This document shows positions 41,384-51,683 of a stretch of 64,000 nt of DNA, one piece after another. Every line of letters starts with the position of its first letter. Within the stretch, counting starts at the first letter, position 1. A model generated the notes under the pieces. It was not told where the DNA came from and made no database searches. It was given only the letters and a program-made list of their open reading frames with translations. Where the stretch lies: contig DAHVQG010000011.1 of NCBI GenBank assembly GCA_027317865.1, positions 32,001 through 96,000 of the forward strand, given 5' to 3'. The DNA is from Bdellovibrionales bacterium. Its GTDB lineage: Bacteria > Bdellovibrionota > Bdellovibrionia > Bdellovibrionales > UBA1609. A program made the translations under genes and the position numbers.

Positions 41384-43921
41384 ATGCGTGTCGATTTAAA
41401 ATCGAAAATCACAGTCGCCATCGTCTCTTTTTTCGCCTTATTGGCAAGTCGCGCATCTCACGCGAGAACTTCAATGAACCTCGATAGTGAAACAGCCGCA
41501 CAGATTTGCACGAATTGCCTCGATTCGTCGACTTCCGACCAGGGCTCACCACTCGCCTCACGCAACTTAGAAATGTTGAAAAACACGACAAACATCCTAC
41601 GTTTGGATATTGCTAAGAAAACCAGAAACCATTGTGAAAACATTGTTGAATCGCGATCGTGTCGAAACTTGTACGCTGAAATACAAAAAAATCACCATAA
41701 CCCGAACCAATACAAACGCACCTGCACCGAACAGGCACCAGGCCAAACCTCAAAAGAGACGTTGCAATTCGTCGAAACTATTTTTTTAGGTACTGAGAAC
41801 CCCGTTCGAAAAAAAATGCGTGAAACTGAGAGGCACTTTTTTGTCGGCTTCGGCAGGGCCATCTATCGTGGCACAGTGGGCTTTGCGGTGAACGTTTACA
41901 AAAATTATGAGGCGGCGCGCGTGTGCGATCACAGCATCACGGATAAAAAACGGTTTTTTTATAATTACAACGCTAATCGCCCCAAAGACCTGCAAGTGAA
42001 GCTGCCGTCTCTAGCATGGTTCAACACCGAAACATGCTCAGGCGTAGAGGGTTATATCCAAATGATGGGTACAGAACTTTACACTCACAAGCTTTCTAAA
42101 GAAGGGGTGAAATTTAAGAGCGTTGGGAGCGAAATTCCGCATGACATTAAAACAATTTCAATTGGTGTATACGATCAGGCAAAACAAGAGCTGAAACGAT
42201 TCCACGTCAAACTGGAGTGCTACAATTCACAAAAACGGTCAGAATTAATCGGAGCCGCCGTAGGGATGATCGCACTCAATGTCACGCCGGTTGGTGATGC
42301 GAAAAAAGCTGAAGAAATAGCTGAGATTGCCGGCGTCGGTGAAAATATCGTCGTAGACGCATCGACTGTTAGCGAAGATGCCGCCAAGGCAGAAGAGGCA
42401 TCCAAAGCGGCCCCAATAACGACAAACAGTGCAACGGTTGCCGCGGCCTCTGCGCGAGAAAAAGAAATTTACTCGATACTCAAAGAAATGAATGAATTAA
42501 AACATCAGCCCGCTTCTGCAGAAAATCTGAAAAAATTGAAAGAGCTTAACGACAAGGCAATCCAAATCACAGCTGAAGAATTAAAGACTCGCGGCATTAG
42601 CTTCAAAGTCGTCAATCCTAAAGCAGGTGGCGGTAATTTCATGCATCTGGATGCTTTGCAAGCAAGGCAGAAAATTTTGATTCAGCGAGGGATTGAAATG
42701 GAGCCCGACATAAAATACCTCCGATCGCTAGAAGAAACACGCGCCAAATATCGTAAGCTTTTAAGCGACACAACGGTGAGAAAACAACAGCTCGCTACTG
42801 AAATCGAGGATACAGGCAAACAACTCGATAAGCTAAGCGCTAAGGGATCTGAATATGACAAAAAACTACGCCAAGTCTTAATTGAAAGGCGCAAGAGATA
42901 TTCCGATTTATACCGTGAATTAGATCGCAATCAGACTGATATTAAAATGCAACTAGAGAAAACCGAAGCTGAGGTTGGGCGGCAACAGAATAAAATAAAA
43001 GAAATGGCCAATGCGCCTTTTGCTCCCGTGTTAAAATCATCTGAGCTGAAATACGTGCACACTTGGAACAATCCTTACATCGTAATTACGCCATCACCGA
43101 CAAATCCTAAATTTCTCAACGCAGCAATAGAAAAATACAATACTGAAATCGTAATTTCGCCAAATTTTAAGTCGGCGGACCCAAAAATTTTGGGCGGCAT
43201 TTCCCGTTCGAATCGCGCTGACGAAACTGTATTTATTTATCCAATCGAGCAGGTTTTCGCCAAAGGATCGATCGTCAGTGAAACCGCCAAGCACGAAGTG
43301 GTTCACTTAAAGTTGGGCCAATTACGCTCAGTCGGACACGAAACGCCGTACAATGTCGAAATCACAGCTCATAAGGGTGAGAAAATTCCAGGATCATCAC
43401 TAGGACTTTACGACGATTATATGTCTTTCGAAGAAATGGCGACGTGGAATCGAGATTTAAACTCGGCCAAAAAAAGTCATCTCACGGGAACAACAAATAC
43501 CGCCTATAACTTCGATCAGGGCATCTTTAGGCAGGCCGGCGGCACAGCCACGCAAGTCCAAAATGCGCGTGCTTTAAACCATCTCAGTTATTCAGCAATC
43601 AAAGCCGTTAGGGCCGCGCGTGAATATCTCGATACCGCCGATCCGGCAGATATTCCAATCACCATTAAGGGAGTGGATGGAGCAGGAACTTCAACTGTAA
43701 CAGTACCGTATCTCACCCAAGGGCGTGAAATCGGCAAGATTAAAATCACGCTTGTTAACTTAACAAAAGCAAATAAAGACGATGCCGTTAAACTCGCACA
43801 AGAATACCTCGATCGCGTCGAAGCTCGCGCCAAGGTTCACGGCACTAAAGCATTAAACATTATAAAAGCGCACCGCAGTGCCATTCGCGCAAAAGCGTGG
43901 GTACCGGTTACGCCAAACTAA
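41384..43921 (+). CDS. Large secreted protein, polymorphic-toxin-like, C-terminal HExxH domain
   Basis: Signal peptide, Cys-rich N-terminal part, hydrophobic GAAVGMIALNVTPVG.AKKA segment, coiled coil, HEVVH...EE. Confidence 0.6.
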   Translation: MRVDLKSKITVAIVSFFALLASRASHARTSMNLDSETAAQICTNCLDSSTSDQGSPLASRNLEMLKNTTNILRLDIAKKTRNHCENIVESRSCRNLYAEIQKNHHNPNQYKRTCTEQAPGQTSKETLQFVETIFLGTENPVRKKMRETERHFFVGFGRAIYRGTVGFAVNVYKNYEAARVCDHSITDKKRFFYNYNANRPKDLQVKLPSLAWFNTETCSGVEGYIQMMGTELYTHKLSKEGVKFKSVGSEIPHDIKTISIGVYDQAKQELKRFHVKLECYNSQKRSELIGAAVGMIALNVTPVGDAKKAEEIAEIAGVGENIVVDASTVSEDAAKAEEASKAAPITTNSATVAAASAREKEIYSILKEMNELKHQPASAENLKKLKELNDKAIQITAEELKTRGISFKVVNPKAGGGNFMHLDALQARQKILIQRGIEMEPDIKYLRSLEETRAKYRKLLSDTTVRKQQLATEIEDTGKQLDKLSAKGSEYDKKLRQVLIERRKRYSDLYRELDRNQTDIKMQLEKTEAEVGRQQNKIKEMANAPFAPVLKSSELKYVHTWNNPYIVITPSPTNPKFLNAAIEKYNTEIVISPNFKSADPKILGGISRSNRADETVFIYPIEQVFAKGSIVSETAKHEVVHLKLGQLRSVGHETPYNVEITAHKGEKIPGSSLGLYDDYMSFEEMATWNRDLNSAKKSHLTGTTNTAYNFDQGIFRQAGGTATQVQNARALNHLSYSAIKAVRAAREYLDTADPADIPITIKGVDGAGTSTVTVPYLTQGREIGKIKITLVNLTKANKDDAVKLAQEYLDRVEARAKVHGTKALNIIKAHRSAIRAKAWVPVTPN

Positions 43922-43955
43922 CCCCGCCGTCGAACTGCCGGCCATTGCGCCAGCC

Positions 43956-44153
43956 TTAAATTTTCGGCGCAATATCAACTTCGAATTTCGGTGCCATTCG
44001 GGAGCAAGTTCGCTCGGCTAAATTTTCGCTCCGTTTGGAGTGCGACTCAAAGTAAATGCCGTCGTAAACTCTTGCCATTGCGCACGTCATGCATTTTGAA
44101 TACGAGAACGTTCGAGCAAGACACGATATCTGATCGTGCTGTAATAATACCGC
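43956..44153 (-). pseudogene. 3' remnant paralogous to the end of the 46112-47185 gene
   Basis: Reads AVLLQHDQISCLARTFSYSKCMTCAMAR...FEVDIAPKI*, preceded by in-frame stops. Confidence 0.7.
43965..44104. repeat. 140-bp direct repeat, copy 1
   Basis: Matches 46121-46260 with 2 mismatches. Confidence 0.95.
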
Positions 44154-44373
44154 TCAATTTTTTATTTTAAATTATTGAGCACCAAAAAATCTCCGGACTG
44201 AGCAAAGATAAGATCGCGTTCATACACACAATTTCAAACACCGCCAAACTTTGTCACCATTTCGGAAATTATTCCTTATTTTGGAAATATCCACATCGAT
44301 GTATTATTCGGCCTCGCTATTGAAAACATAACCGCTCGGCTCGCGCCGATGCTGATAAATGACGGAGGAAAAC

Positions 44374-45666
44374 GTGAACAATTCAATTAAACTTTTGTTG
44401 ACTGCTGTTGCAACCTCGGCGTTGTGCGCTTGCACGCCGCCAAGCCATAATGGCATCACCCATCAAAGTAGTAGCATAATTAAGCTTAACGCCCAAGAAG
44501 TGAAAAACAATCCCAGCCTAAGTTCAAAACAGAAAGCCGAAGAACTCGCCCGGATCGGTGAGCAACTTTTTACTCCAACAGGATTTATGTACGCCCAGAC
44601 ACTATTTAATCAAGCGCTACAACTCGATCCGCACAATTTACTCGCTCAGTTTTATAAAAATTTAAACGGAATCAACATGACCCTTCGAGGGATGATGGTT
44701 CGAATCAAACCTATGATTGTCACGCCTAAAGACCGAGCAAACTATAAAAATGTATTAGCGCACGTCCCCAACAGCGCGCTTAAAACGTTTTTATTTGATG
44801 GAACTCCAAACATACGAGATTCAAAAGACGTTCAGGCCTACGCCGATAATCTATATGCTGCCCTTGAACGCTTACGCGAGTTTCTAAGTGCTCATAAAAA
44901 TTCACACCTCACACTTGATCTTAACGACTGGACATTATGGACCGGTATCCATAGGGCAAAAGAAAAGTGTATCGCCTCGAAAGTCGGCGATACCGGTTCT
45001 TACAGTTTAACCAATTGCGATTATACCCATGCACTACAGGTCAATCTAAACCGTGCAGATTTCGAAGGAATGCAGCAAATCGTAGCTGGAGAAGAAATAT
45101 ACTTTGCAGCCCTTAACTCTTATAATCTAACCGGCTCCATAAGAACCTCCAGAAAATTTCAAAATCAAAATGTTTCTGACGCCGTTATTTACCGAGAGCT
45201 TTCTAAATACCCCGAGTTTGCGACTCTCCGCACACCAATCTACTTGAGACATATAGAAAAGCTTGGAGTTGATGCGATCGCCGCCATTCGTTGGGCCAAA
45301 TCATTGCAAAATAAACTTTGTTCAACGGGCACCCCCAACCCTAACAATCGACCGGGTTATCTATTTGATTCGGGCTTTTGCATTGGCGAAAAAACCGCCG
45401 ATGGCCGAAGCGTAAATGGAATTCTTAAAACGGCCGAGCTCATATTAGCTGGCGTGCCGTATAGCGTACTCGTCAACAACGTTTACCCGACTGTCATAAC
45501 ACCGACAAAATATTTAAATAATCCGATTGTGGATTTAAAAAAGCTTGATCCCGTGTTTAATAGTTGCGGTCTTATCCAGAGAGTCTCTGACGTTACGTTA
45601 GGCGGCATATTCCCCGATCACGATGCTAACAAAGTGTTGTCTATTACGTCCAAATGTCAGTACTAA
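44374..45666 (+). CDS. Lipoprotein with N-terminal TPR-like motif
   Basis: GGAGG RBS + GTG; ALCAC lipobox; A...F.QAL.LDP.N..A.FY. Confidence 0.7.
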   Translation: MNNSIKLLLTAVATSALCACTPPSHNGITHQSSSIIKLNAQEVKNNPSLSSKQKAEELARIGEQLFTPTGFMYAQTLFNQALQLDPHNLLAQFYKNLNGINMTLRGMMVRIKPMIVTPKDRANYKNVLAHVPNSALKTFLFDGTPNIRDSKDVQAYADNLYAALERLREFLSAHKNSHLTLDLNDWTLWTGIHRAKEKCIASKVGDTGSYSLTNCDYTHALQVNLNRADFEGMQQIVAGEEIYFAALNSYNLTGSIRTSRKFQNQNVSDAVIYRELSKYPEFATLRTPIYLRHIEKLGVDAIAAIRWAKSLQNKLCSTGTPNPNNRPGYLFDSGFCIGEKTADGRSVNGILKTAELILAGVPYSVLVNNVYPTVITPTKYLNNPIVDLKKLDPVFNSCGLIQRVSDVTLGGIFPDHDANKVLSITSKCQY

Positions 45667-46055
45667 AAATGATATTCTACCGTAAAACCTTATCCAAAGG
45701 AGCAATTCTGTTCCTTTGGATTTTCTATTCAAGCTTAGGAAACGCGACACCGAGATACACGGCTTCAGCAAAGTATACCGGATTTAAAATGCTCACTTGT
45801 CGCCGATCCGACAATAATTGTATGCAGATTAAGTCGCCTGTGGCTTATGTAAACGAAGAGGGTTCGGCATACGCCTTTGACCAAGCGGAATTCAGTTTTT
45901 TTAAAAGCGGGTCAAAACGTCGCAAAATAATCTCTGGACGCGACATATATTACGACCAGAAGAACAAAATGATTTTAATCCGCCATTTACTTTCAAGCCG
46001 GCACAAACAGGCGTTCATTAATTTGCGGACCGACCACATTACATATGTCGACTAA
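45654..46055 (+). CDS. Small hypothetical exported protein
   Basis: Overlaps the upstream stop, hydrophobic signal segment. Confidence 0.5.
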   Translation: MSVLKMIFYRKTLSKGAILFLWIFYSSLGNATPRYTASAKYTGFKMLTCRRSDNNCMQIKSPVAYVNEEGSAYAFDQAEFSFFKSGSKRRKIISGRDIYYDQKNKMILIRHLLSSRHKQAFINLRTDHITYVD

Positions 46056-46111
46056 AGGTGGTTCTTTCGCTTCCAAATTTTTGCCGTAATTACTCATCCC
46101 ACAAAACTCGA

Positions 46112-47185
46112 TTACTTCACCGGCGCAATATCAACTTCGAATTTCGGTGCCATTCGGGAGCAAGTTCGCTCCGCTAAATTTTCGCTCCGTTTGGAGTGCG
46201 ACTCAAAGTAAATGCCGTCGTAAACTCTTGCCATTGCGCACGTCATACATTTTGAATACGTGAATGTGCGCACCAGAGCCGACTGTGGGTCGCGTCTTAA
46301 AAGCGATTTGCGTCTTCTTTTATCAAAAAATTTAAAATATCTCTCACTGGTGTACGAGACTGCGGTATAGGGTCGAACGTCTCGGCGCAATTGTTTGAAG
46401 CTGGTGGCTTTAATTGTCCCAACCTTTTCGCCTATATGACGAAACATTGGCCGCGATAATGGCCATGCAAACTGCGAACAAGAATAAACAATATCGTGCT
46501 CTCCGCCTGTCCGAACGGTCTTGGGCGAATGTTTTAAAAAGCCGGATTTAAAACTATCGGCATGCAAAAATTCATGAAAAAGTGTGACTCTGAAATCCAG
46601 AGCCTCTAATTTGTTCACGCCCTGCCGCGAACTGCGATTCACGGATGTCGCGTCATTTGTATTCAACAGATCCAGCACAAGTGCGCCGAGATTGATTGTT
46701 TTTTCTCCGAAGAAAAAAAAGTGACGCATCGTAAAAGATTCTGTTCCAATTGAAGCTAAAAAATGCGTGCAAACGAAGCGCAAAGGCACGGCATACGCAT
46801 TACTGAAAAGGTCGGCGGCATATTCCGGATTTAAAATCGAGAGCCGCGCGATCGATTCGTAAAGCACTCGCGGAATTAAATCGGCAAGTCGCGCGTTAAA
46901 TTCGCGATTCGCCGGCACGGACGTAACCCCCATAGCTCGACGAAAATTTGCATTCGCAAAAAAATCTTGCACATCGCACTCGTAACTGTAATGGGGCAAT
47001 TGCCGCACGAACTGCGAATACGTCGGCAAACTTTCAGCATGGCTACGGGTAGCCCCAAATGCCAATCCGGATATGTCGCCAAGGCTAGAGGCCGCGCCAA
47101 AGACAAGCGCGCAAAAAATGACCCATCTAGCAATTCGCGCAAAAACACTTTTCAAGCGCGCCTCCGAAATTAAAACCGAAAACAT
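46112..47185 (-). CDS. Secreted HExxH (zincin-like) protein
   Basis: Signal/TM segment; TLFHEFLHA.....H....D.VY.C; Cys-containing C-terminus. Confidence 0.65.
   Translation of the reverse strand: MFSVLISEARLKSVFARIARWVIFCALVFGAASSLGDISGLAFGATRSHAESLPTYSQFVRQLPHYSYECDVQDFFANANFRRAMGVTSVPANREFNARLADLIPRVLYESIARLSILNPEYAADLFSNAYAVPLRFVCTHFLASIGTESFTMRHFFFFGEKTINLGALVLDLLNTNDATSVNRSSRQGVNKLEALDFRVTLFHEFLHADSFKSGFLKHSPKTVRTGGEHDIVYSCSQFAWPLSRPMFRHIGEKVGTIKATSFKQLRRDVRPYTAVSYTSERYFKFFDKRRRKSLLRRDPQSALVRTFTYSKCMTCAMARVYDGIYFESHSKRSENLAERTCSRMAPKFEVDIAPVK
46121..46260. repeat. 140-bp direct repeat, copy 2
   Basis: Matches 43965-44104 with 2 mismatches. Confidence 0.95.
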
Positions 47186-47472
47186 AAGCTACCCGTCTCC
47201 GGCCAGCTTCTGCATAAATCAGCTTCTGAGTATACTCAGCCTCTGTATACACTCCCCCATCGCAGCTCGAAATAGAGTTTGAAAATGTGAAACGACTGTC
47301 TAAATTTTGACTGTCAAAAATTTAAGCAGTCTTAGAAAAAATTCTCTGTTCGTTTTTTTATCTAACACCGCCGTGTGAGATTGGATTATCTTGTGAGGCA
47401 GTTTGAAATCAGGTTCGTGTGGCCACTAAAGGGAATGAACCCTACCACGCGGAACGAATCGAGGGTAATTTC

Positions 47473-47817
47473 ATGAAGAACGCAAGCAAGATCGCAAAGA
47501 TTCTCGCAGTAAGCTTGGCCGTAATGAGTTCGAGTTACGTATTTGCGGGAGTGTTAACTCCACAGTTTTCGGCAGGTTTATACGCAAATCATTTGTCGCT
47601 CGATTCGAGCGCGTTTGGTATACCGGCGACCGAAAGAGCGATGCAAATCGGTAAAAGCGCCGCTCTCGCCGCTGCGAATGCCGTTTGCGAAAAAGACGGC
47701 CTCACCCTGGATCAATCCCCTCGCGGTAGCGACGTGGTATTTACTCTTAAGGGCGGCAGTTCAGAAATTTCTTCGACCGTTCAAGCCGAAATTTATTTCA
47801 ACTGTGTCACCCGCTAA
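47473..47817 (+). CDS. Small secreted protein
   Basis: GAGGG RBS, signal peptide ending YVFA, two Cys. Confidence 0.65.
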   Translation: MKNASKIAKILAVSLAVMSSSYVFAGVLTPQFSAGLYANHLSLDSSAFGIPATERAMQIGKSAALAAANAVCEKDGLTLDQSPRGSDVVFTLKGGSSEISSTVQAEIYFNCVTR

Positions 47818-47838
47818 ATATTTTTAATCTTGTCGCGC

Positions 47839-49188
47839 CTAAAAACTGCGCAATTTTTCGCGCACGTATTCAGAAAGGCGCGACATTTCGACGCGATCTT
47901 GCGTCATCGTATCGCGATGGCGCACAGTCACTTTTTTATCGTTAAGCGATTCGAAGTCGACAGTTAAACAAAGCGGAGTGCCGATTTCATCTTGCCGTCG
48001 ATAACGTTTGCCGATCGAGGCGGTCTCATCATAGTCAACTCGAAATTCTTCGCTTAAATCTTGGCGTATTTTAAACGCCGTCTCTTGTAAATCCGGCTTT
48101 TTCGATAACGGCAAACAGGCCACTTGGACAGGAGCGAGAAACGGTTTCAAGCGCAAGACGACTCGCGAATCTCCATCGCCTTCACCGCCAGCGCTCGCAA
48201 GCTTTTCTTCTTCAAAAGCGTTGCATAAGATCGCGAGGCAAAGCCGGTCGCATCCCACCGCTGTTTCAATGACGTATGGGACAAACCGTTCTTTCGTCTG
48301 CTCATCAAAATACTCAAGTTTTTTACCGGAAAATTTAGAGTGCTGAGTGAGATCGAAATCGGAGCGATTGTGAATCCCCTCCAATTCTTGCCAACCAAAC
48401 GGAAATTCATATTGCACATCAAATGCCGCTCGCGCGTAGTGCGCCAATTCTTTCGGCCCGTGCTGATGAAAACGTAGCGAAGACGGCTTAAATCCGAGGC
48501 GCGCATAATGGGCTAGCCGCGTTTCTTTCCACTTTTCAAACCATTCCATATCTGTGCCCGGCTTGACGAAATATTGCATTTCCATTTGTTCAAATTCACG
48601 GGTGCGAAACGTAAAATTACCGGGCGTAATTTCATTGCGAAAACTTTTGCCGATTTGCGCGATCCCGAACGGAATTTTCTTACGCATGCTGGTCAGTACG
48701 TTTTCATAGTTAACGAAAATCCCTTGGGCTGTTTCAGGCCGCAAGTACACGACGGCCGCGGCATCTTCGACCGGCCCCATAAATGTCTTAAACATTAAGT
48801 TAAAATTGCGCGGTTCTGTGACTTCGGTTGAACCGCAATTAGGGCATATTGTTTTACCATTTTTTTGCGGAGCCTGATCTTGACGAAAGCGTGTCTTGCA
48901 CGCGCGGCAATCGCACAACGGATCGGTAAACCCGTCGATATGGCCTGACGCCTTCCACACCATCGGATGCATAAGAATGGCCGCATCGAGGCCGACAATA
49001 TCAGGTCGCCTCGTCATGGTCTTCCACCACGACATTTTAACATTAAATTTGAAATCGGCGCCAAGCGGGCCGTAATCCCAACAGGAATTGAGCCCACCAT
49101 AAATTTCGGAACTTTGAAAAACAAACCCGCGTCGTTTGCACAGACTGACTAATGTTTGCAGATCTTTGAGTGGAGTAATGGTCGACAT
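47839..49188 (-). CDS. glyQS: Glycine--tRNA ligase (alpha2 type)
   Basis: [55 protein letters not shown]. Confidence 0.97.
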   Translation of the reverse strand: MSTITPLKDLQTLVSLCKRRGFVFQSSEIYGGLNSCWDYGPLGADFKFNVKMSWWKTMTRRPDIVGLDAAILMHPMVWKASGHIDGFTDPLCDCRACKTRFRQDQAPQKNGKTICPNCGSTEVTEPRNFNLMFKTFMGPVEDAAAVVYLRPETAQGIFVNYENVLTSMRKKIPFGIAQIGKSFRNEITPGNFTFRTREFEQMEMQYFVKPGTDMEWFEKWKETRLAHYARLGFKPSSLRFHQHGPKELAHYARAAFDVQYEFPFGWQELEGIHNRSDFDLTQHSKFSGKKLEYFDEQTKERFVPYVIETAVGCDRLCLAILCNAFEEEKLASAGGEGDGDSRVVLRLKPFLAPVQVACLPLSKKPDLQETAFKIRQDLSEEFRVDYDETASIGKRYRRQDEIGTPLCLTVDFESLNDKKVTVRHRDTMTQDRVEMSRLSEYVREKLRSF

Positions 49189-49281
49189 TGGCGCGGATCC
49201 CTTTCAAGAATTTGACTGAATATGACATCGGGCAAAATCGCAGTCAACGAATTGCTCGGTCACATCTGCGCGCAATGACCT

Positions 49282-49401
49282 TTATGTTTGGCAAACCTCA
49301 CTTTTGCGGTTGGCCGGAGGACCAGTCGGCTGCGCACTTTTCGAATAAGCACCTGCCTCTGTGACTTTGAAGTATGCAAGTGTAACGATATATTTTCTCA
49401 T
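49282..49401 (-). CDS. Possible 39-aa small ORF or gene remnant
   Basis: AAGGAG 6 nt before ATG; MRKYIVTLAYFKVTEAGAYSKSAQPTGPPANRKSEVCQT*. Confidence 0.35.
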   Translation of the reverse strand: MRKYIVTLAYFKVTEAGAYSKSAQPTGPPANRKSEVCQT

Positions 49402-49510
49402 AAACGGCTCCTTTCGGTTAGCACGTCCTCGTTACAAGCATAGAATATATTGGTAGTGCGATAGATATTTGAACGTCGTGTGGAGTGTTCTTAACAGCGC
49501 AACTGTTGAA

Positions 49511-50035
49511 CTATTTTACGGTACAAAGTCCGATTTGAACAAAGTCTTTAAGAACCCGCTCGGCTTCGCTCCGGCTGTTATAAAAAGTCCCGGTATCGTG
49601 ACGCCCTTGTACGATTTTGAACACATCGTCGTCTTTTTGAACAAGACATTTTGGCAGCCGCCTCGGCACACGACACGCCTGCGCCTGAATCATATCGTTG
49701 CGCTCAGCCCCTGCGTCGTTCACGTCGCTGTAAAATACGCCGGTGTCGTGATGACCTTGAAAGATAAAAAAAACACCGTTACGCGCAAGAATGTTACATT
49801 CCGGTAAAACGGCAGGCGGCCTGCACTCGCCCCGTGCAACTAAGCGATCACGCGCCAATTGCGCTGATTGAACTCGGTCGTAATACGTATTGTTCGCGAC
49901 GCCGTCTTTCTCTACAAAAAACACCCCGTTTGTCCCGACTATGGTACATATCGGTACGGCAAACGCCTTTAAAGCTAAAAGCGCGGCAGCTAAATAAACC
50001 GTTATAAACAAAAATCTCGATTTCATGAATGTCAC
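49511..50035 (-). CDS. Secreted protein with three ~49-aa Cys-bracketed repeats
   Basis: AAGGAG RBS (may serve ATG 50026), signal peptide ending AFA; P.C......VF.....G.....Y.....A.........C x3. Confidence 0.75.
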   Translation of the reverse strand: MTFMKSRFLFITVYLAAALLALKAFAVPICTIVGTNGVFFVEKDGVANNTYYDRVQSAQLARDRLVARGECRPPAVLPECNILARNGVFFIFQGHHDTGVFYSDVNDAGAERNDMIQAQACRVPRRLPKCLVQKDDDVFKIVQGRHDTGTFYNSRSEAERVLKDFVQIGLCTVK

Positions 50036-50086
50036 TCCTTTAGATCTTGGCCCGACCCTACAACGCGACTAGACTGGCCGAACAGT

Positions 50087-50114
50087 TAAATATTCTTAGT
50101 CGTCGAGCCGATAA
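50087..50114 (+). promoter_or_regulatory. Sigma28-type promoter upstream of the HD-domain gene
   Basis: TAAAT-N15-GCCGATAA with a perfect -10 octamer. Confidence 0.5.
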
Positions 50115-50123
50115 GTTCTTACA

Positions 50124-51551
50124 ATGGCCGAACAATTTAAGCGCACAATATTTGACACTCTTCACGGCCACATCGTACTGAACCGGGTCGAGTCGCGAAT
50201 ACTCGAATCAGCCTACTATCAGCGATTGCGGTGGATCCGCCAACTTGGGTTTAGTTTTTATGTCTTCCCGGGGGCGACTCACACCCGCCATGCTCACGCC
50301 CTGGGAGTGCTCCACGTCATGCACCGAATATTGCAAGCGACCGGACTTGCCGTCCCGGACGAAAAATTTTTTTCCACTAAAGTAGCGGACGAGAAAACAA
50401 ATTTTCACCGTATGATGCGGCTTGCGGCCATGCTCCACGATATTGGAACCCTGCCTTTTTCGCACACCATTGAAATTGCCTACATCCAACACCATCGCGA
50501 GCAACAACGGGTCAAAACGCCGAAGTACACGGCTAATCACGAAACTCTTGGCAGTCACCTTATTTTAAATACCGATTTCGAAGGCGGTCTTACGCGCATT
50601 TTGATCGAAGAGGGTATCGACCCGGAAATGCTTGCGACCATCATCGCCGGGAATTCAAAAAATCTAGTCGCCAATCAACTCATGCATTCCGACGTCGACG
50701 CCGATCGAATGGATTATCTTTTACGAGACGCCTATTTCACCGGCGTTCGGCTTGGCGTCTACGACATTGATTTTCTTATTCGCAGCATGACCGTTTATGA
50801 AGACGGTCAGGACCAAATTTTATGCATGCGCGAAGACGCGATGACCGTTGTCGATTCATTTCTTGTCAGCCGCTATTTTTGGTATTCGCAAATTATCAGC
50901 GACGGTACAAGCTACAAATTCGATCTCGTCGCCGCAAAAATCTATCAGTATTTTCTCGAAAACGGGCTCGCCTACTCGTTTGATCAGTTGGTCGATAAAG
51001 TGTCGCAAAACCCAAACGAATATTTTACGTTCAACGATTCTTATTTTCTTGCCAAACTCCACGAGTATTTAGCCGGTCGTATCACCCACCCCATGATTCG
51101 CGAATTGTCTGAAATGCTTGCCAATCGCATCGCTCCCGCACAGGTAAAATCGGGTCCGGTGCGGCCGACACTTGTACAAAGTGACGAACACAGAAAAGAA
51201 TTGGTCGCAAGCGTCACCCGTGCCGCCGAATGGCTTCAAAACGAAATTCGATCGGTCGACCCAAACGCATGGATGATTTTTGACATTCCACAACGTGATG
51301 TGATTTTTACGAAAAATCTCGACCGTTGCCAGCGCGAAGCAAAAGGCGGCGACGTCCATCGGTTGCGTGATCCGGCAAAAATTCTCACGCGCGACAATCA
51401 GATTAAACTTATTGTCGAAGTTCCAAATTCGTTGATGTCGATCTTAAGCCAATACCGAAACTTCTTGCCGCGAATATATATCAGCCCGCTTTTGTACGAG
51501 CGGCTTGAAAAGAAAAAGATTTTCGAAAAGATGGCTGCGACTAAATTCTAA
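50124..51551 (+). CDS. HD-domain phosphohydrolase, dNTP triphosphohydrolase (SAMHD1/YdhJ-like)
   Basis: D.LHG.I, QRLR.I.QLG, GA.HTR..H.LG, LHDIG..PFSH, HE, DADRMDYL.RD. Confidence 0.88.
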   Translation: MAEQFKRTIFDTLHGHIVLNRVESRILESAYYQRLRWIRQLGFSFYVFPGATHTRHAHALGVLHVMHRILQATGLAVPDEKFFSTKVADEKTNFHRMMRLAAMLHDIGTLPFSHTIEIAYIQHHREQQRVKTPKYTANHETLGSHLILNTDFEGGLTRILIEEGIDPEMLATIIAGNSKNLVANQLMHSDVDADRMDYLLRDAYFTGVRLGVYDIDFLIRSMTVYEDGQDQILCMREDAMTVVDSFLVSRYFWYSQIISDGTSYKFDLVAAKIYQYFLENGLAYSFDQLVDKVSQNPNEYFTFNDSYFLAKLHEYLAGRITHPMIRELSEMLANRIAPAQVKSGPVRPTLVQSDEHRKELVASVTRAAEWLQNEIRSVDPNAWMIFDIPQRDVIFTKNLDRCQREAKGGDVHRLRDPAKILTRDNQIKLIVEVPNSLMSILSQYRNFLPRIYISPLLYERLEKKKIFEKMAATKF

Positions 51552-51617
51552 GTGACGGTTTTTGCCGCCATCTTGCCCGAACAGTGAAAGATCTACCCGT
51601 TTCATAGGCCCAATTCC

Positions 51618-51642
51618 TATTTGAAACAGTTTGTTTCAAATA
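51618..51642. promoter_or_regulatory. Perfect 11-bp inverted repeat, candidate operator
   Basis: TATTTGAAACA-gtt-TGTTTCAAATA just upstream of a putative TTGCGC -35 of the second TIGR02147 gene. Confidence 0.6.
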
Positions 51643-51683
51643 AATTTGCGCCCAACTTGCGCCCTGTACTACAGTCGCCGCCA

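Noticed and set aside
43965-46260. Diversity-generating retroelement TR/VR pair
   Set aside because: Only two mismatches (C/G and C/T on the coding strand), not adenine-specific, and no reverse transcriptase in the window.
49469-49807. 112-aa plus-strand ORF
   Set aside because: Antisense to the repeat protein gene, which has an RBS, signal peptide and internal repeats.
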